This document shows positions 30,776 through 40,798 of a DNA stretch of 59,815 nt, piece after piece. The stretch is from an uncultured bacterium. GTDB taxonomy: Bacteria; Zixibacteria; MSB-5A5; JAABVY01; JAHJOQ01. The notes beneath the pieces are model-generated. The model worked only from the letters and a program-made list of their open reading frames with translations, was not told where the DNA came from and searched no databases. Location of the stretch: positions 1 to 59,815 of the forward strand of contig CBDUQR010000014.1 of the NCBI GenBank assembly GCA_965369655.1. The letters run 5' to 3'. A program made the position numbers and the translations under genes. How positions within the stretch are numbered: the stretch's first letter is position 1; each line of letters begins with the position of its first letter.

Positions 30776-31720
30776 ATGTCTGAAAAACGAGCGAAGAAAT
30801 CGGAACTGATACCCACATCGGCCAGACAGTGCGTGTGGGTTGATGCGGGTGTCATCTCCTACAAGATCTGCACGCTGAACTACGAGTGCGAGCGCTGTTC
30901 CCTGCACCAGGCACTGGTCGACGGGCCGGTGCTGGTTCAACCGCACGCTTCCCCATCCCCAAACCTGGCGGAGGTCAAGAAGCGACGCGCTGAGTTTGAA
31001 GAGTTCTTCAAGAAACTGCCCGCCTCTGCGCGCAAATGTCACTACATGTTGACAGGGGAAGTTTCCTACAAGTTGTGTATCAACGGGTTCAACTGCGCTA
31101 ATTGCTCTTTTCAGCAGATGATCGAGGATTCGGCCGAGGCGGAGACGGGTTGGGACTTTCCCGTTGATGATTCGCGCTCGATCGAGGGCTTCCGTCTTCC
31201 CCAGGGGATGCACCACCACAGAGGCCACACCTGGGTTCGCGTGGAGCGCGACGGCAATGTTCGCGTGGGCATGGACGATTTCGGGCAGTGGCTACTGGGC
31301 TCCGTCCAGGGCGTGCGGCTGCCGAGCCCCGGCGAGACCATCTTCGAGGGCACACCGGCCTGCGAGATCCGCCTCGATACTGGGCGGATCAGCCCCCTGG
31401 CACCAGTATCCGGACGAATCATCGCAACAAATGAGAGGCTGCTGGAGCAGCCGGCGCTGGTGAACGAGTCGCCATATACCAACGGGTGGCTCCTCATGGT
31501 GAAGCCCTTCGATCTACCGTCCGAGCTAGTGAACCTCCTATACGGAGGAAGGGCCAGAAGATGGATCGAGCAGGAGATTGGACGGGTCAGGGAAAAGGTT
31601 AATGGGAACGGTAGACTGTGGAACATCCATGAACTAGAGAAGGATGCGACCTGGCGGGAAAATCTGATCGACGAGATAGCAGGCGAGTTCCTGCTGGCGA
31701 AGCTGAAGAAGGTAGCATGA
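30776..31720 (+). CDS. GcvH-like protein with two N-terminal Cys motifs
   Basis: HTWVR..VRVGMDDF..APVSG..N..PYTNGWL; lipoyl-Lys absent. Confidence 0.85.
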   Translation: MSEKRAKKSELIPTSARQCVWVDAGVISYKICTLNYECERCSLHQALVDGPVLVQPHASPSPNLAEVKKRRAEFEEFFKKLPASARKCHYMLTGEVSYKLCINGFNCANCSFQQMIEDSAEAETGWDFPVDDSRSIEGFRLPQGMHHHRGHTWVRVERDGNVRVGMDDFGQWLLGSVQGVRLPSPGETIFEGTPACEIRLDTGRISPLAPVSGRIIATNERLLEQPALVNESPYTNGWLLMVKPFDLPSELVNLLYGGRARRWIEQEIGRVREKVNGNGRLWNIHELEKDATWRENLIDEIAGEFLLAKLKKVA

Positions 31721-31755
31721 AGGGGTATCCCCAAAAAAGAGAAAGAGAGAATTAG

Positions 31756-32235
31756 ATGGAAGTACAGGAAGCCAAACTGGACGACATATTAACCCAGTGG
31801 AAGCGTGACAAGAGCAATCTGATCGAGATGCTTCAGGATGTTCAGGAGCACTACCGCCACATCCCATCGCAGATTGCCGGCACACTTGCCGAGGAGCTTG
31901 ATGTGCCCCTGAACCGCATTTTCCACATCGCCACCTTCTACAAGGGATTCTCCCTGGAGCCGCGCGGAAAGTATCCCGTCTGTGTATGCACTGGCACGGC
32001 CTGCCACGTAAAGGGCGGGACGCGCATCCTCGAAAACATCATGCGCAATCTGGGCGTGGAGAAAGAAGGCCAGACGACCGAGGATCAGCTCTTCAGCGTG
32101 GAATCGGTGCGCTGTCTGGGATGCTGCGGACTGGCACCGGTGGTGACCGTCGGTGGAGAAGTGTACGGCAATACCTCTTCGGTGAAAATGAAAAAAATCC
32201 TGGACAAACGTCGAAAGAACGAGCAGGCGCAATAA
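31756..32235 (+). CDS. nuoE: NuoE/HydC-like [2Fe-2S] subunit
   Basis: ATFY, CTGTACHVKG, CLGCCGLAP. Confidence 0.9.
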   Translation: MEVQEAKLDDILTQWKRDKSNLIEMLQDVQEHYRHIPSQIAGTLAEELDVPLNRIFHIATFYKGFSLEPRGKYPVCVCTGTACHVKGGTRILENIMRNLGVEKEGQTTEDQLFSVESVRCLGCCGLAPVVTVGGEVYGNTSSVKMKKILDKRRKNEQAQ

Positions 32236-32256
32236 AATCTTTTATGGAGGCAATCG

Positions 32257-32640
32257 ATGCCCAGACTGAAAATCGAAGATCTCGACAAGATCGTGGAGCA
32301 GCAGAGGAAAACCACATCCCTGAGGGATGGGGCCGGTCGGGTCAAGATCACGGTGCACATGGGTACCTGCGGAATCTCGGCTGGTGCACGGAAAATAATG
32401 GCTGAGGTCATGCGCTGCGTGGAGGAGTCGGGTGCCAGCGACATCATCATTACCACCTCCGGCTGTGCGGGTTTCTGCAGCCGCGAGCCAATGATGACCG
32501 TCGAAGTGATCGAGCAAGCCCCTGTAAAGTACGTAGAGCTTGACAATAAGAAGGTGAGTAAGATTTTTGACGAGCATATCATGAACGGAAATGTCGTCGA
32601 AGATTATGCCCTGGCCATAGGGGGAGAGCAGACGCTATGA
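32257..32640 (+). CDS. Thioredoxin-like (2Fe-2S) ferredoxin (HndB/HydD-like)
   Basis: HMGTCGISAGAR, GCAGFCSREP. Confidence 0.9.
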   Translation: MPRLKIEDLDKIVEQQRKTTSLRDGAGRVKITVHMGTCGISAGARKIMAEVMRCVEESGASDIIITTSGCAGFCSREPMMTVEVIEQAPVKYVELDNKKVSKIFDEHIMNGNVVEDYALAIGGEQTL

Positions 32641-34508
32641 GTACGACACCGAGCAAGAACGTAGAGGGAAAGTCACCTGTCGGCAAGGATCTGGGCGACT
32701 ACCGCATGCATCTTATGCTTTGCGCCGGAACCGGTTGTGTCTCCGGCGGTTCTTACAAAATCAAAGATGCTCTGGAACGCGAGTTGGCAAAACATAAACT
32801 CATCGACGAAGTGGCCGTGGTCATGACCGGATGCAACGGCTTCTGTGCCCAGGGACCAGTCATGGTAGTTCAGCCGGACGAAATCTTTTACCAATTTCTC
32901 AGCGAAAAGGACATTCCCCACCTGGTCGAAGAGCACATGCTCAAGGGCCGGCCGGTCGAGAAGCTCATGTTCACACCACCAGATGAGAAGTCGGTTGTGC
33001 CCAAGATGAGCGAGATTGGCTTTTTCAAAAAGCAGCGACTTCTTGCGCTTCGCAACCGCGGCCTGATTGACCCGGAGGTGATAGAGGAGTACATTGCAAG
33101 GGATGGTTACAAGGCCCTGGCCAAGGTACTCACCGAGATGAAACCCGAGGAGGTCGTCCAGGAGATGATCGCTTCAGGGCTTCGCGGGCGCGGTGGCGGG
33201 GGTTTCCCCACTGGCATCAAGTGGAAGAGTTGCCGCGAGGCGCCCGGAGAGATCAAGTACGTCGTCTGCAATGCGGACGAAGGTGACCCCGGTGCTTACA
33301 TGGACCGCAGCATCATCGAGGGGGACCCTCACTCCGTGCTGGAGGGCATGATCATCGCCGCCTATGCCATTGGGTCCAACAAGGGATATATCTATATCCG
33401 CCATGAGTACCCCCTGGCCCTCGAGCGTTTGAAAAAGGCCATCGCCGACGCGCGCGAGTACGGCATCCTGGGCAAGAACATCTTTGATCAGGGCTTCGAT
33501 TTCGATATCACTATTCACCTTGGAGCCGGCGCTTTCGTATGTGGCGAGTCCACAGCCTTGATGGCATCCATGGAAGGCCGGCCTGGCGAGCCACGCGCCA
33601 AGTACATCCACACCGTGGAGCATGGCCTGTGGGACCAGCCCACCAACCTGAACAATGTAGAGACCTATGCCAACGTGCCCCTGATCATTCTGCGCGGCGT
33701 CGAGTGGTTCACCTCCATCGGCACCGGCGACGTGACCGACAACCCCTGGGGCGGCAGCAAGGGCACCAAGGTCTTCTCCCTGGTGGGTAAGGTCCGGAAC
33801 ACCGGCCTGGTGGAGGTACCCATGGGGATAACCCTGCGGGAGATCATCTTCGACATCGGTGGAGGCGTCCCCAACGGTAAAAAGTTCAAGGCGGTGCAGA
33901 CCGGCGGGCCTTCGGGAGGCGTGATTCCGGAAAGCTTGCTCGACTTGCCGGTGGACTTCGACCAGCTCACCAGGGTGGGTTCGATGATGGGCTCGGGCGG
34001 CATGATCGTAATGGACGAGGACGACTGCATGGTGGACATCGCCCGATACTTCATCGACTTCCTCGTCGATGAATCATGTGGCAAGTGCCTGCCGGGTCGC
34101 GAGGGACTGACGCAAATTAGCAAAATACTTAACGATATCTGCAGAGGTAAGGCCCAAGAGGGAGTCCTTGATCTACTGGAAGAAACCTGCAGTACAGTCG
34201 CAAACTGTTCGCTCTGCGCGCTGGGTGGATCGGCGCCCAACCCTGTGCTGAGTACACTTAGATACTTCCGAGATGAGTACGAGGCTCACGTCCGGGACAA
34301 GAAGTGCCCGGCGGGGTTGTGCAAGGCCCTGATCACCTATTACATCGACGCCGAGAAGTGCAACGGCTGTATGCTATGTGCAAGAGAATGCCCGGAGAAC
34401 GCCATTGAGGGCGAAAAAAAGAAGCCTCACAAGATAAATACCGATCTGTGTATAAAGTGCGGCATCTGTCGAGATGTATGCAACAGGGATGCGGTTATAG
34501 TAGAGTAA
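32637..34508 (+). CDS. nuoF: NuoF/HydB-like flavoprotein (long, bifurcating type)
   Basis: N-terminal CAGTGC..GCNGFC; GLRGRGGGGFP; NADEGDPGAYMDR; GAFVCGE; GGPSGG; C-terminal 2x[4Fe-4S]. Confidence 0.93.
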   Translation: MSTTPSKNVEGKSPVGKDLGDYRMHLMLCAGTGCVSGGSYKIKDALERELAKHKLIDEVAVVMTGCNGFCAQGPVMVVQPDEIFYQFLSEKDIPHLVEEHMLKGRPVEKLMFTPPDEKSVVPKMSEIGFFKKQRLLALRNRGLIDPEVIEEYIARDGYKALAKVLTEMKPEEVVQEMIASGLRGRGGGGFPTGIKWKSCREAPGEIKYVVCNADEGDPGAYMDRSIIEGDPHSVLEGMIIAAYAIGSNKGYIYIRHEYPLALERLKKAIADAREYGILGKNIFDQGFDFDITIHLGAGAFVCGESTALMASMEGRPGEPRAKYIHTVEHGLWDQPTNLNNVETYANVPLIILRGVEWFTSIGTGDVTDNPWGGSKGTKVFSLVGKVRNTGLVEVPMGITLREIIFDIGGGVPNGKKFKAVQTGGPSGGVIPESLLDLPVDFDQLTRVGSMMGSGGMIVMDEDDCMVDIARYFIDFLVDESCGKCLPGREGLTQISKILNDICRGKAQEGVLDLLEETCSTVANCSLCALGGSAPNPVLSTLRYFRDEYEAHVRDKKCPAGLCKALITYYIDAEKCNGCMLCARECPENAIEGEKKKPHKINTDLCIKCGICRDVCNRDAVIVE

Positions 34509-34634
34509 AGCTGTTTGTGCAGTCCCGGTGCCAACCCGATCGGTCTCTGCGTCAGTTTTGCCTATGATCTTTACGCGAAAAGACTTTATTTGTCGGGTCA
34601 GGAAAACGTCCTAATTATGGGATAGTGTGTTGTT

Positions 34635-36557
34635 ATGAGCTGGAAGAGGACAATATGGTTCCGGCTGAGCGTAGGCTTTATTGCGATCATCCTGGTGACC
34701 AACGTTGTGCTGTTTCTAATCACCCTGTTTGGCGTCAGTGAAATCGTCGTTGAAGAGGTGCAGACCCGCGTACGCATGGACCTCAACTCCGCTTGCAAGG
34801 TATTCGAAGAGCACGTAGACGACATTTGTCTCCTGCTCCGGGCAACCTCAGCGCGCCGTAGTGTCCCCGTTCCGCTTGAAAGCTGGGACAGGGATGATCT
34901 GCACAAACTTTTGGGGAGCATCTGGCAAGCAGGAGAGTTGGACATGCTCTTCCTGTTGGACAAGGATGGCCGGGTCGTCTACCGCAAACACAATCCAGGA
35001 CAGATGGGAGATGATATCTCGCATAACCCGATAGTCGCCCGGGCTTTGAGGAAGAAAAAATGTGTCCGGGGCACGGCGGTCGTGACGTACGAGGAGTTGG
35101 GAAGAGAATCTGCCGATATACTGCACAGGGCGTCTATCGAGATAAAGCCCACCGAGGCCGACCAGTCTGGAGAGAGAAAAATTCACCGCGATGGAATGGT
35201 CATTGGAGCGGCAGTTCCCCTGGTGGACCTGCGAAGAGACGGGGAGATTGTGGGATTTCTGTACGGAGCAAAACTTCTGAACCGGAGTTCCGAGATTGTT
35301 GATGAGATCAAAGAGGATCTGTACGAGGACGAGAGCTACCAAGGCATGGACATCGGAGCTGTTACGATTTTCCAGGGAGGTGTCCGTATTTCCACCAGCA
35401 TAATGAGAGAGGACGGCTCGCGGGCCGTTGGCACCCGGGTGAGTACTGTGGTTCATGAGAAAGTGCTGGAAATGGGGAAGACATGGGCCGAACGGGCCTT
35501 CGTGGTCGATGATTGGTATATTACCGCCTATGCGCCGATCCGTGACCCCGAAGACAGGGTCATTGGAATCCTGGGAGTTGGCATACAGGAAGAGCCGTTC
35601 ATCCACAACCAGAGGATCGCAGCATGGATCTTTCTTGGCGTGGTGACTTTCACGACCATGATCAGCTTAGTACTGCTGATCATCGCGACCAGAATCGTCC
35701 TACGTCCCATCGGGCGGATCATCAAGATGTCCGACAAGGTCGTGGCGGGCGACCTGTCGGCCCGGGTGAATATGCGGCCTCCCGGTGAGATGGGCCTGCT
35801 CTGCCTAGCGATCGATCAGATGGCCGACGCTGTAGCGCAAAGAGAGGAAGCACTTGTGCAGGCAACTCGTCGACAGATCGGACAGAGTGAGAAGATGGCA
35901 TCAATAGGCCGAATGTCGGCAGGTATCGCCCATGAGATCAACAACCCGCTAACCGGACTGCTGACCTTCGAGCACCTGCTGAAGAGTGAGGAAGGTCTCA
36001 GCGACAAGGGAAAGGAATACCTCGAAATCATGTACAACGAGACCTCTCGGATGCGTGAGATCGTCCGGGGACTGCTGAATTTTGCCCGTGAGTCCTCCCT
36101 GGAGATGAAACCCCTGGGTGTCAACGAGGTGATTCGGCAATGGTTTAAGCTCCTGCGCAGCCAGAAAGAGTTCAAGGATATAACCATCGAAGAGAAACTC
36201 GCCGAGGGTCTGTCCAGGGTAAATGGTGATACCAATCAATTGCAGCAGGTGTTCGTCAATCTCTCTCTTAACGCCTGCGAAGCCATGCCTGATGGTGGCA
36301 TACTGTCGATTTCCACCTCGGAGGGAGACGGAAAAGTGCTGATCTCAATAGCGGATACCGGCTGTGGTATCAAGGGAGAGCACCTCGGAATGATATTCGA
36401 ACCGTTCTTTACGACCAAATCGGTTGGAAAGGGAACTGGTCTCGGCCTGAGTGTGAGCTATGGCATAATCCGCAAGCATGGTGGAACCATAGAGGTGGAG
36501 AGCCAGGAGGGCGAGGGTACCACCTTTACAGTTACCCTGCCCGTGGTGTCCGGATGA
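34635..36557 (+). CDS. Cache/HAMP membrane sensor histidine kinase
   Basis: Two TM helices around a Cache-like domain ([17 protein letters not shown]), HAMP, AHEINNP, G boxes. Confidence 0.92.
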   Translation: MSWKRTIWFRLSVGFIAIILVTNVVLFLITLFGVSEIVVEEVQTRVRMDLNSACKVFEEHVDDICLLLRATSARRSVPVPLESWDRDDLHKLLGSIWQAGELDMLFLLDKDGRVVYRKHNPGQMGDDISHNPIVARALRKKKCVRGTAVVTYEELGRESADILHRASIEIKPTEADQSGERKIHRDGMVIGAAVPLVDLRRDGEIVGFLYGAKLLNRSSEIVDEIKEDLYEDESYQGMDIGAVTIFQGGVRISTSIMREDGSRAVGTRVSTVVHEKVLEMGKTWAERAFVVDDWYITAYAPIRDPEDRVIGILGVGIQEEPFIHNQRIAAWIFLGVVTFTTMISLVLLIIATRIVLRPIGRIIKMSDKVVAGDLSARVNMRPPGEMGLLCLAIDQMADAVAQREEALVQATRRQIGQSEKMASIGRMSAGIAHEINNPLTGLLTFEHLLKSEEGLSDKGKEYLEIMYNETSRMREIVRGLLNFARESSLEMKPLGVNEVIRQWFKLLRSQKEFKDITIEEKLAEGLSRVNGDTNQLQQVFVNLSLNACEAMPDGGILSISTSEGDGKVLISIADTGCGIKGEHLGMIFEPFFTTKSVGKGTGLGLSVSYGIIRKHGGTIEVESQEGEGTTFTVTLPVVSG

Positions 36558-36604
36558 TCGTCTCGCTGTCGAACGCCGGATAGCTGACGAAGGAGATCTG
36601 AACA

Positions 36605-37942
36605 ATGCGCAAGAAATTCAGAATACTTGTTGTGGATGACGAGCTTTCCATCCGCATCTCCCTGGGAGATTTGCTGAAACGCGATGGATATCAGGTGGAG
36701 GTGGCCGAGAGCGCCGAGTCAGCGCTGGAGATGTTGAAGACGCAGTCGTTCGATTTGCTGATAGTGGACGTCAAGATGCCCGGTATGGACGGCTTGGAGA
36801 TGCTGGAGCGGGTCAAGGAGGACGATCCCGACACCACCGTGGTTGTGATGACCGCTTATGGCTCTATCGATTCTGCGGTCCATGCGATGCAGCTCGGCGC
36901 CATCGACTACGTAGCCAAGCCATTCGACCCGCTAAAGATCGGGACACTCGTCAAGCAGATTTATAAGAACGAGCTAATGCAGCGCGAGCATAAGCTGCTC
37001 AAACATCAAGTGGAAGTATGCGGCAGCTATGGACCGATAATCGGCCAGTCGCCGGCCATGCTGAAGTTGTTTGAACTCATCGAGGACGTATCCTCCACAG
37101 ACTCGGTGGTGCTAATATCGGGCGAGAGTGGAACCGGTAAGGAGGTGCTGGCACGCACGATCCACGAAAAGAGTCCCCGGTCGAACGGGCTGTTCGTGGG
37201 TGTCAATTTCGGTGCTTTCACAGAATCCCTCTTGGAAAGCGAGCTGTTCGGGTATGAAAAGGGAGCCTTCACAGGAGCTACTACGTCCAAGAAGGGTCTG
37301 TTGGAGATCGCCTCCGGAGGGACATTCTTTTTAGACGAGATTGGAAACGCAAGTCCAAAGATGCAGATCGATCTGCTCAGGGTGCTCCAGGAGCGGAAGT
37401 TCCGGAGGGTCGGGGGACTTAGGGATGAGGAGGTGGACTTCAGGGTGCTCGCGGCCACTAATCGTGACCTGGAAAAGGCTATAGAGGAGGGAAGCTTCCG
37501 ACAGGACCTCTATTATCGGCTAAATGTCGTGCAGATTCACATACCACCATTGCGGGAACGCAGGGAGGACATTCCTGCTCTGGCTAAGCATTTCCTGGAG
37601 ATGCTGCGCGTGCGCTTGAACAAGAAGACCAGTTTGATTTCCCCCGAGGCCATGCAGTGTCTCGTCAACTACGACTGGCCCGGCAATGTCCGCGAGCTGG
37701 AAAACGCCATCGAACGAGCACTGGTAGTAGGCAAGCAGAAACGGATCATGCCGGAGGACCTGCCTATCATGCTGCAGGAACCCAGCGAAGGGCCGGCCGA
37801 TGAGTCTCTCGATTCCTGGGAGAGGGACTACATCGCCAGGAAGCTCGATCAGTACGAGTGGAACATAAGCCGGACGGCTCAGGCGCTGAAGATCGACAGG
37901 GGAACATTGTACGCCAAAATCGATAAATACGGGCTGTCTTGA
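36605..37942 (+). CDS. sigma54-dependent response regulator (NtrC family)
   Basis: [35 protein letters not shown]. Confidence 0.96.
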   Translation: MRKKFRILVVDDELSIRISLGDLLKRDGYQVEVAESAESALEMLKTQSFDLLIVDVKMPGMDGLEMLERVKEDDPDTTVVVMTAYGSIDSAVHAMQLGAIDYVAKPFDPLKIGTLVKQIYKNELMQREHKLLKHQVEVCGSYGPIIGQSPAMLKLFELIEDVSSTDSVVLISGESGTGKEVLARTIHEKSPRSNGLFVGVNFGAFTESLLESELFGYEKGAFTGATTSKKGLLEIASGGTFFLDEIGNASPKMQIDLLRVLQERKFRRVGGLRDEEVDFRVLAATNRDLEKAIEEGSFRQDLYYRLNVVQIHIPPLRERREDIPALAKHFLEMLRVRLNKKTSLISPEAMQCLVNYDWPGNVRELENAIERALVVGKQKRIMPEDLPIMLQEPSEGPADESLDSWERDYIARKLDQYEWNISRTAQALKIDRGTLYAKIDKYGLS

Positions 37943-37967
37943 GAGCAGCAAGCAGGAGTTAACGGTC

Positions 37968-38516
37968 ATGCCCCCCGGGGTAATAGAGATCGTGCCCCTA
38001 TACATCACGGACAAGAGACTGATGTCTGCCTTAGCCGCGGAGATCACGCGGATATTTCCATTCCCGTGCAGGGTTGGTGCCGCCGAGAGGCTGCCGGCTG
38101 GAGTCCTTGACGAAACGAGAGGGCAATATCATGCCACCCGGATCCTCGAGCACCTGGCTGCCTCCGACCGGACTTCCTTCCGGCTTTTGGGAGTAACAAA
38201 CCTGGATATTTTCACGCCGATCTTGCGTTACATATTCGGTGAGGCGATGCTCGAAGGGAGAGCTGCCCTGGTATCGACGTATCGGCTCAGCATCGCACCA
38301 CCTGGAGGTGTTCCCCCATGCAATCGCTCCGTCTTTGTCAGCCGCGTTCTTAAGGAAGGTATCCACGAGCTAGGCCATACCTTTGGCCTCACCCACTGTG
38401 ATGATCCTACCTGTGTGATGGCTGCCTCGCTTGACTTGACACACATCGACGCAAAGTCCACGCAGCTATGCTACTACTGCAGGATCATGCTGAAAGACGA
38501 GTTGGAGAGGACCTGA
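37968..38516 (+). CDS. Archaemetzincin (peptidase M54) Zn metalloprotease
   Basis: YIFGEA, KEGIHELGHTFGLTHC..CVM..S..IDAK...LC..C. Confidence 0.9.
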   Translation: MPPGVIEIVPLYITDKRLMSALAAEITRIFPFPCRVGAAERLPAGVLDETRGQYHATRILEHLAASDRTSFRLLGVTNLDIFTPILRYIFGEAMLEGRAALVSTYRLSIAPPGGVPPCNRSVFVSRVLKEGIHELGHTFGLTHCDDPTCVMAASLDLTHIDAKSTQLCYYCRIMLKDELERT

Positions 38517-38544
38517 ATACCTCAATGATACGGCATTACACATT

Positions 38545-40368
38545 TTAGCCTCTAAGAAACTTGCGCAGCACTTTGGACCAACGAACACCGGAGATGCCGG
38601 CCAGGGCATCGTGGGCGAGCGTGGCGCCGTCCGCGGCGGTTGCAATCCTGTCCTGAAACATTTTGCTCAGCCGAACCACTTCGCTCCTCTGCCAGTTGTG
38701 GGCGTTCTCACTGAACATAAGCTTAGTGATATTGTCCTTGGATACCTCGGGACGAATCGTAAGCAGCCAACCATCGTCGTACGGTTGAGCCGAAAGAACT
38801 CTTGGTGTATCGACGACCGACTGGTTGACCACAATTACCTCGCCATCCATCGGGGAGCACACCTCTACCGACTCGCCGTTGCGGATCAGGCGCAGCGCCG
38901 GCTTTCCCTGCCGCAGTTTCTCGCCCGGCTTGGGCATCTCGACGGTATCAACGTTGCCGATCAAGTGGGCAGCCAGATCGTCGATCCCGACGCGGACAGA
39001 ATCGTCCTTTTCGGAGCGCACCCAGGAATGTCCACGATAATAGAAAAGGTTAGAGGGCATCTCGCAGCCGAGCAGCGCCGGATCCAACTCCTCTTCTTCC
39101 TCTGGTAGCTCTGCGTACGCAAGAGCCTTGAACTGGTCGGCATCACGCACGAGGTTGTCCGCACCTATGACAGCCAGCAGCGAAGCGGGGTCGGCACGCA
39201 TGTCACCCAGCTTCTTGAACTGTCCCTGGAAAGAACGCAATACCGCTTTTGAGATCAATGTGCGTTCACTGGGCGTCAGAACCACGCCGGAAGCCACAAT
39301 TCCGGTAAGTATCGGTTGCGCACTCGCTATGTCCAGAGTGCCTGTGTCGATCATGCGCAGCATCTCGTCTATAAGCACTCGACCTGCGTACAATATTCCA
39401 TCCTCTGGGACGATTTTAAGTACGCGACCAATACCCACAGCTGCCGCCAACTCGGAAGGAGTGACCAACAATCCGTTGTACACTTTACCGAGCAGCCCGC
39501 CGGCGAAGCTGATCAGTGTTGCCGCGCGCTCAACCGTCTCGTCAGTTAGACTAACAGACATATATGTGTGGGACTGGAGGATCCGCTGAACGATGAGAGC
39601 CATCTGTGCCATGGTCATCGAGAAGTAACGAGATGTTGCGATGGCATCGTGCAACTCCTTGAGCACGTTGATGTCAAAGGCCGAGATTACATCGAGGATG
39701 GCTAGCCCCTGTATGGCCCGAAGAGCATCCCACCGCTCGTCCCGGGTCCGTTCCTCGGAGACCGAGTTCAACAGACCGTGGGGCAGTAGCGCTTCCTTTA
39801 ACATCGACTCGGCGAATGCCCAAAGATCAAGCAAGTCGAGGCGGTCGAGGAATGAGGCCGACACTACCAATGCGAACTGCTCCTCCATCGTATGCAGACC
39901 CAGATCGTCTGGGGTGAGCTTTTCTTCCGCGGAGATTTTTCCGAGGTTGCGGAGTTCAAACAGCCGGCTCAACATATCCACGTGTAGGCCGTTCCGGCGA
40001 CTTATTTGCTGGATCAGAGAGGCGTTGGTGCCAATAGACAGGCGCCCGATCCCCATTATGGTCAGCACCCGTGATGCGGCGGCGTTCGTGCGAGACCAAT
40101 TGGCCATGCACGGACCAGCGAATGGACAAGGTCGTCCCGGGACCGCGCAGGCATTAACAAAACACTGGTCGAAAAAGTCCTTGCTGAAAAATAATTTTTG
40201 CTTGTGCGAGGATATCTTGGTCAGGGCAGTGTCCACTGGACATCCTGCACAGTCATCGGGACGAGACTCGCACATCTGCGAGGACACCACACCGGATGAT
40301 TGCCAAATACAACTACCCTTCCTCCTTCTACCCTCGATCTTCACCGCCTTGGAATCTGCTTCTTTCAT
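38545..40368 (-). CDS. Cys-motif + helical domain + C-terminal GcvH-like protein
   Basis: N-terminal CIW...G.....MC......C..C; C-terminal HSWVR..VRVGIDD..SPMDG..N..PYDDGWL; no lipoyl-Lys. Confidence 0.8.
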   Translation of the reverse strand: MKEADSKAVKIEGRRRKGSCIWQSSGVVSSQMCESRPDDCAGCPVDTALTKISSHKQKLFFSKDFFDQCFVNACAVPGRPCPFAGPCMANWSRTNAAASRVLTIMGIGRLSIGTNASLIQQISRRNGLHVDMLSRLFELRNLGKISAEEKLTPDDLGLHTMEEQFALVVSASFLDRLDLLDLWAFAESMLKEALLPHGLLNSVSEERTRDERWDALRAIQGLAILDVISAFDINVLKELHDAIATSRYFSMTMAQMALIVQRILQSHTYMSVSLTDETVERAATLISFAGGLLGKVYNGLLVTPSELAAAVGIGRVLKIVPEDGILYAGRVLIDEMLRMIDTGTLDIASAQPILTGIVASGVVLTPSERTLISKAVLRSFQGQFKKLGDMRADPASLLAVIGADNLVRDADQFKALAYAELPEEEEELDPALLGCEMPSNLFYYRGHSWVRSEKDDSVRVGIDDLAAHLIGNVDTVEMPKPGEKLRQGKPALRLIRNGESVEVCSPMDGEVIVVNQSVVDTPRVLSAQPYDDGWLLTIRPEVSKDNITKLMFSENAHNWQRSEVVRLSKMFQDRIATAADGATLAHDALAGISGVRWSKVLRKFLRG

Positions 40369-40448
40369 GGCTACTTCCTTTCTCGGTATCCTTTCAGGAT
40401 TTCCAAAGCTTTGTGCCTTGGGCTTCCCATACTGTCACTCCCATTTTT

Positions 40449-40464
40449 AGCAATTTCCGGGCCA
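40449..40464 (-). promoter_or_regulatory. sigma54 (-24/-12) promoter of 38545..40368
   Basis: Minus strand TGGCCCGGAAATTGCT (GG-N10-GC); palindrome TGTGGGAAAACGCCACA at 40662..40678. Confidence 0.7.
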
Positions 40465-40798
40465 ACCAATGGTCGATGGATATTTACCGGTGTAACTGTT
40501 TGAACCCCTTTGCCTAATGAAACCGGGCGTCAACAGGGTTCAGATTGGACGCTGGCACCTGCGGGCGTAGACTGGTGGATTCCTCCACAGCTTCCGCCAA
40601 CTGGGAAGACCGGGAATGGCTGCTGTGTCCCTAAGCCATTGTCCACACAGCGAAATCAGATTGTGGGAAAACGCCACACTTCGAGAAATACACTTGCCTT
40701 TTTATGCTCGACAAATTACGTTCAAGAATAGTTTCATAGTCGAAGGCTATACCGGGTTGGTCCTGGCGCCAGCTTGACAGAAGGATACGTGACCTGAC

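Noticed and set aside
29449-31720. Genuine glycine cleavage system or sHdr LbpA genes
   Set aside because: No lipoyl-Lys and no gcvP/gcvT or lipoylation genes nearby
31756-34508. Respiratory complex I (nuo) operon
   Set aside because: No membrane or NuoBCD subunits; the domain layout matches soluble HydBC/Hnd-type modules
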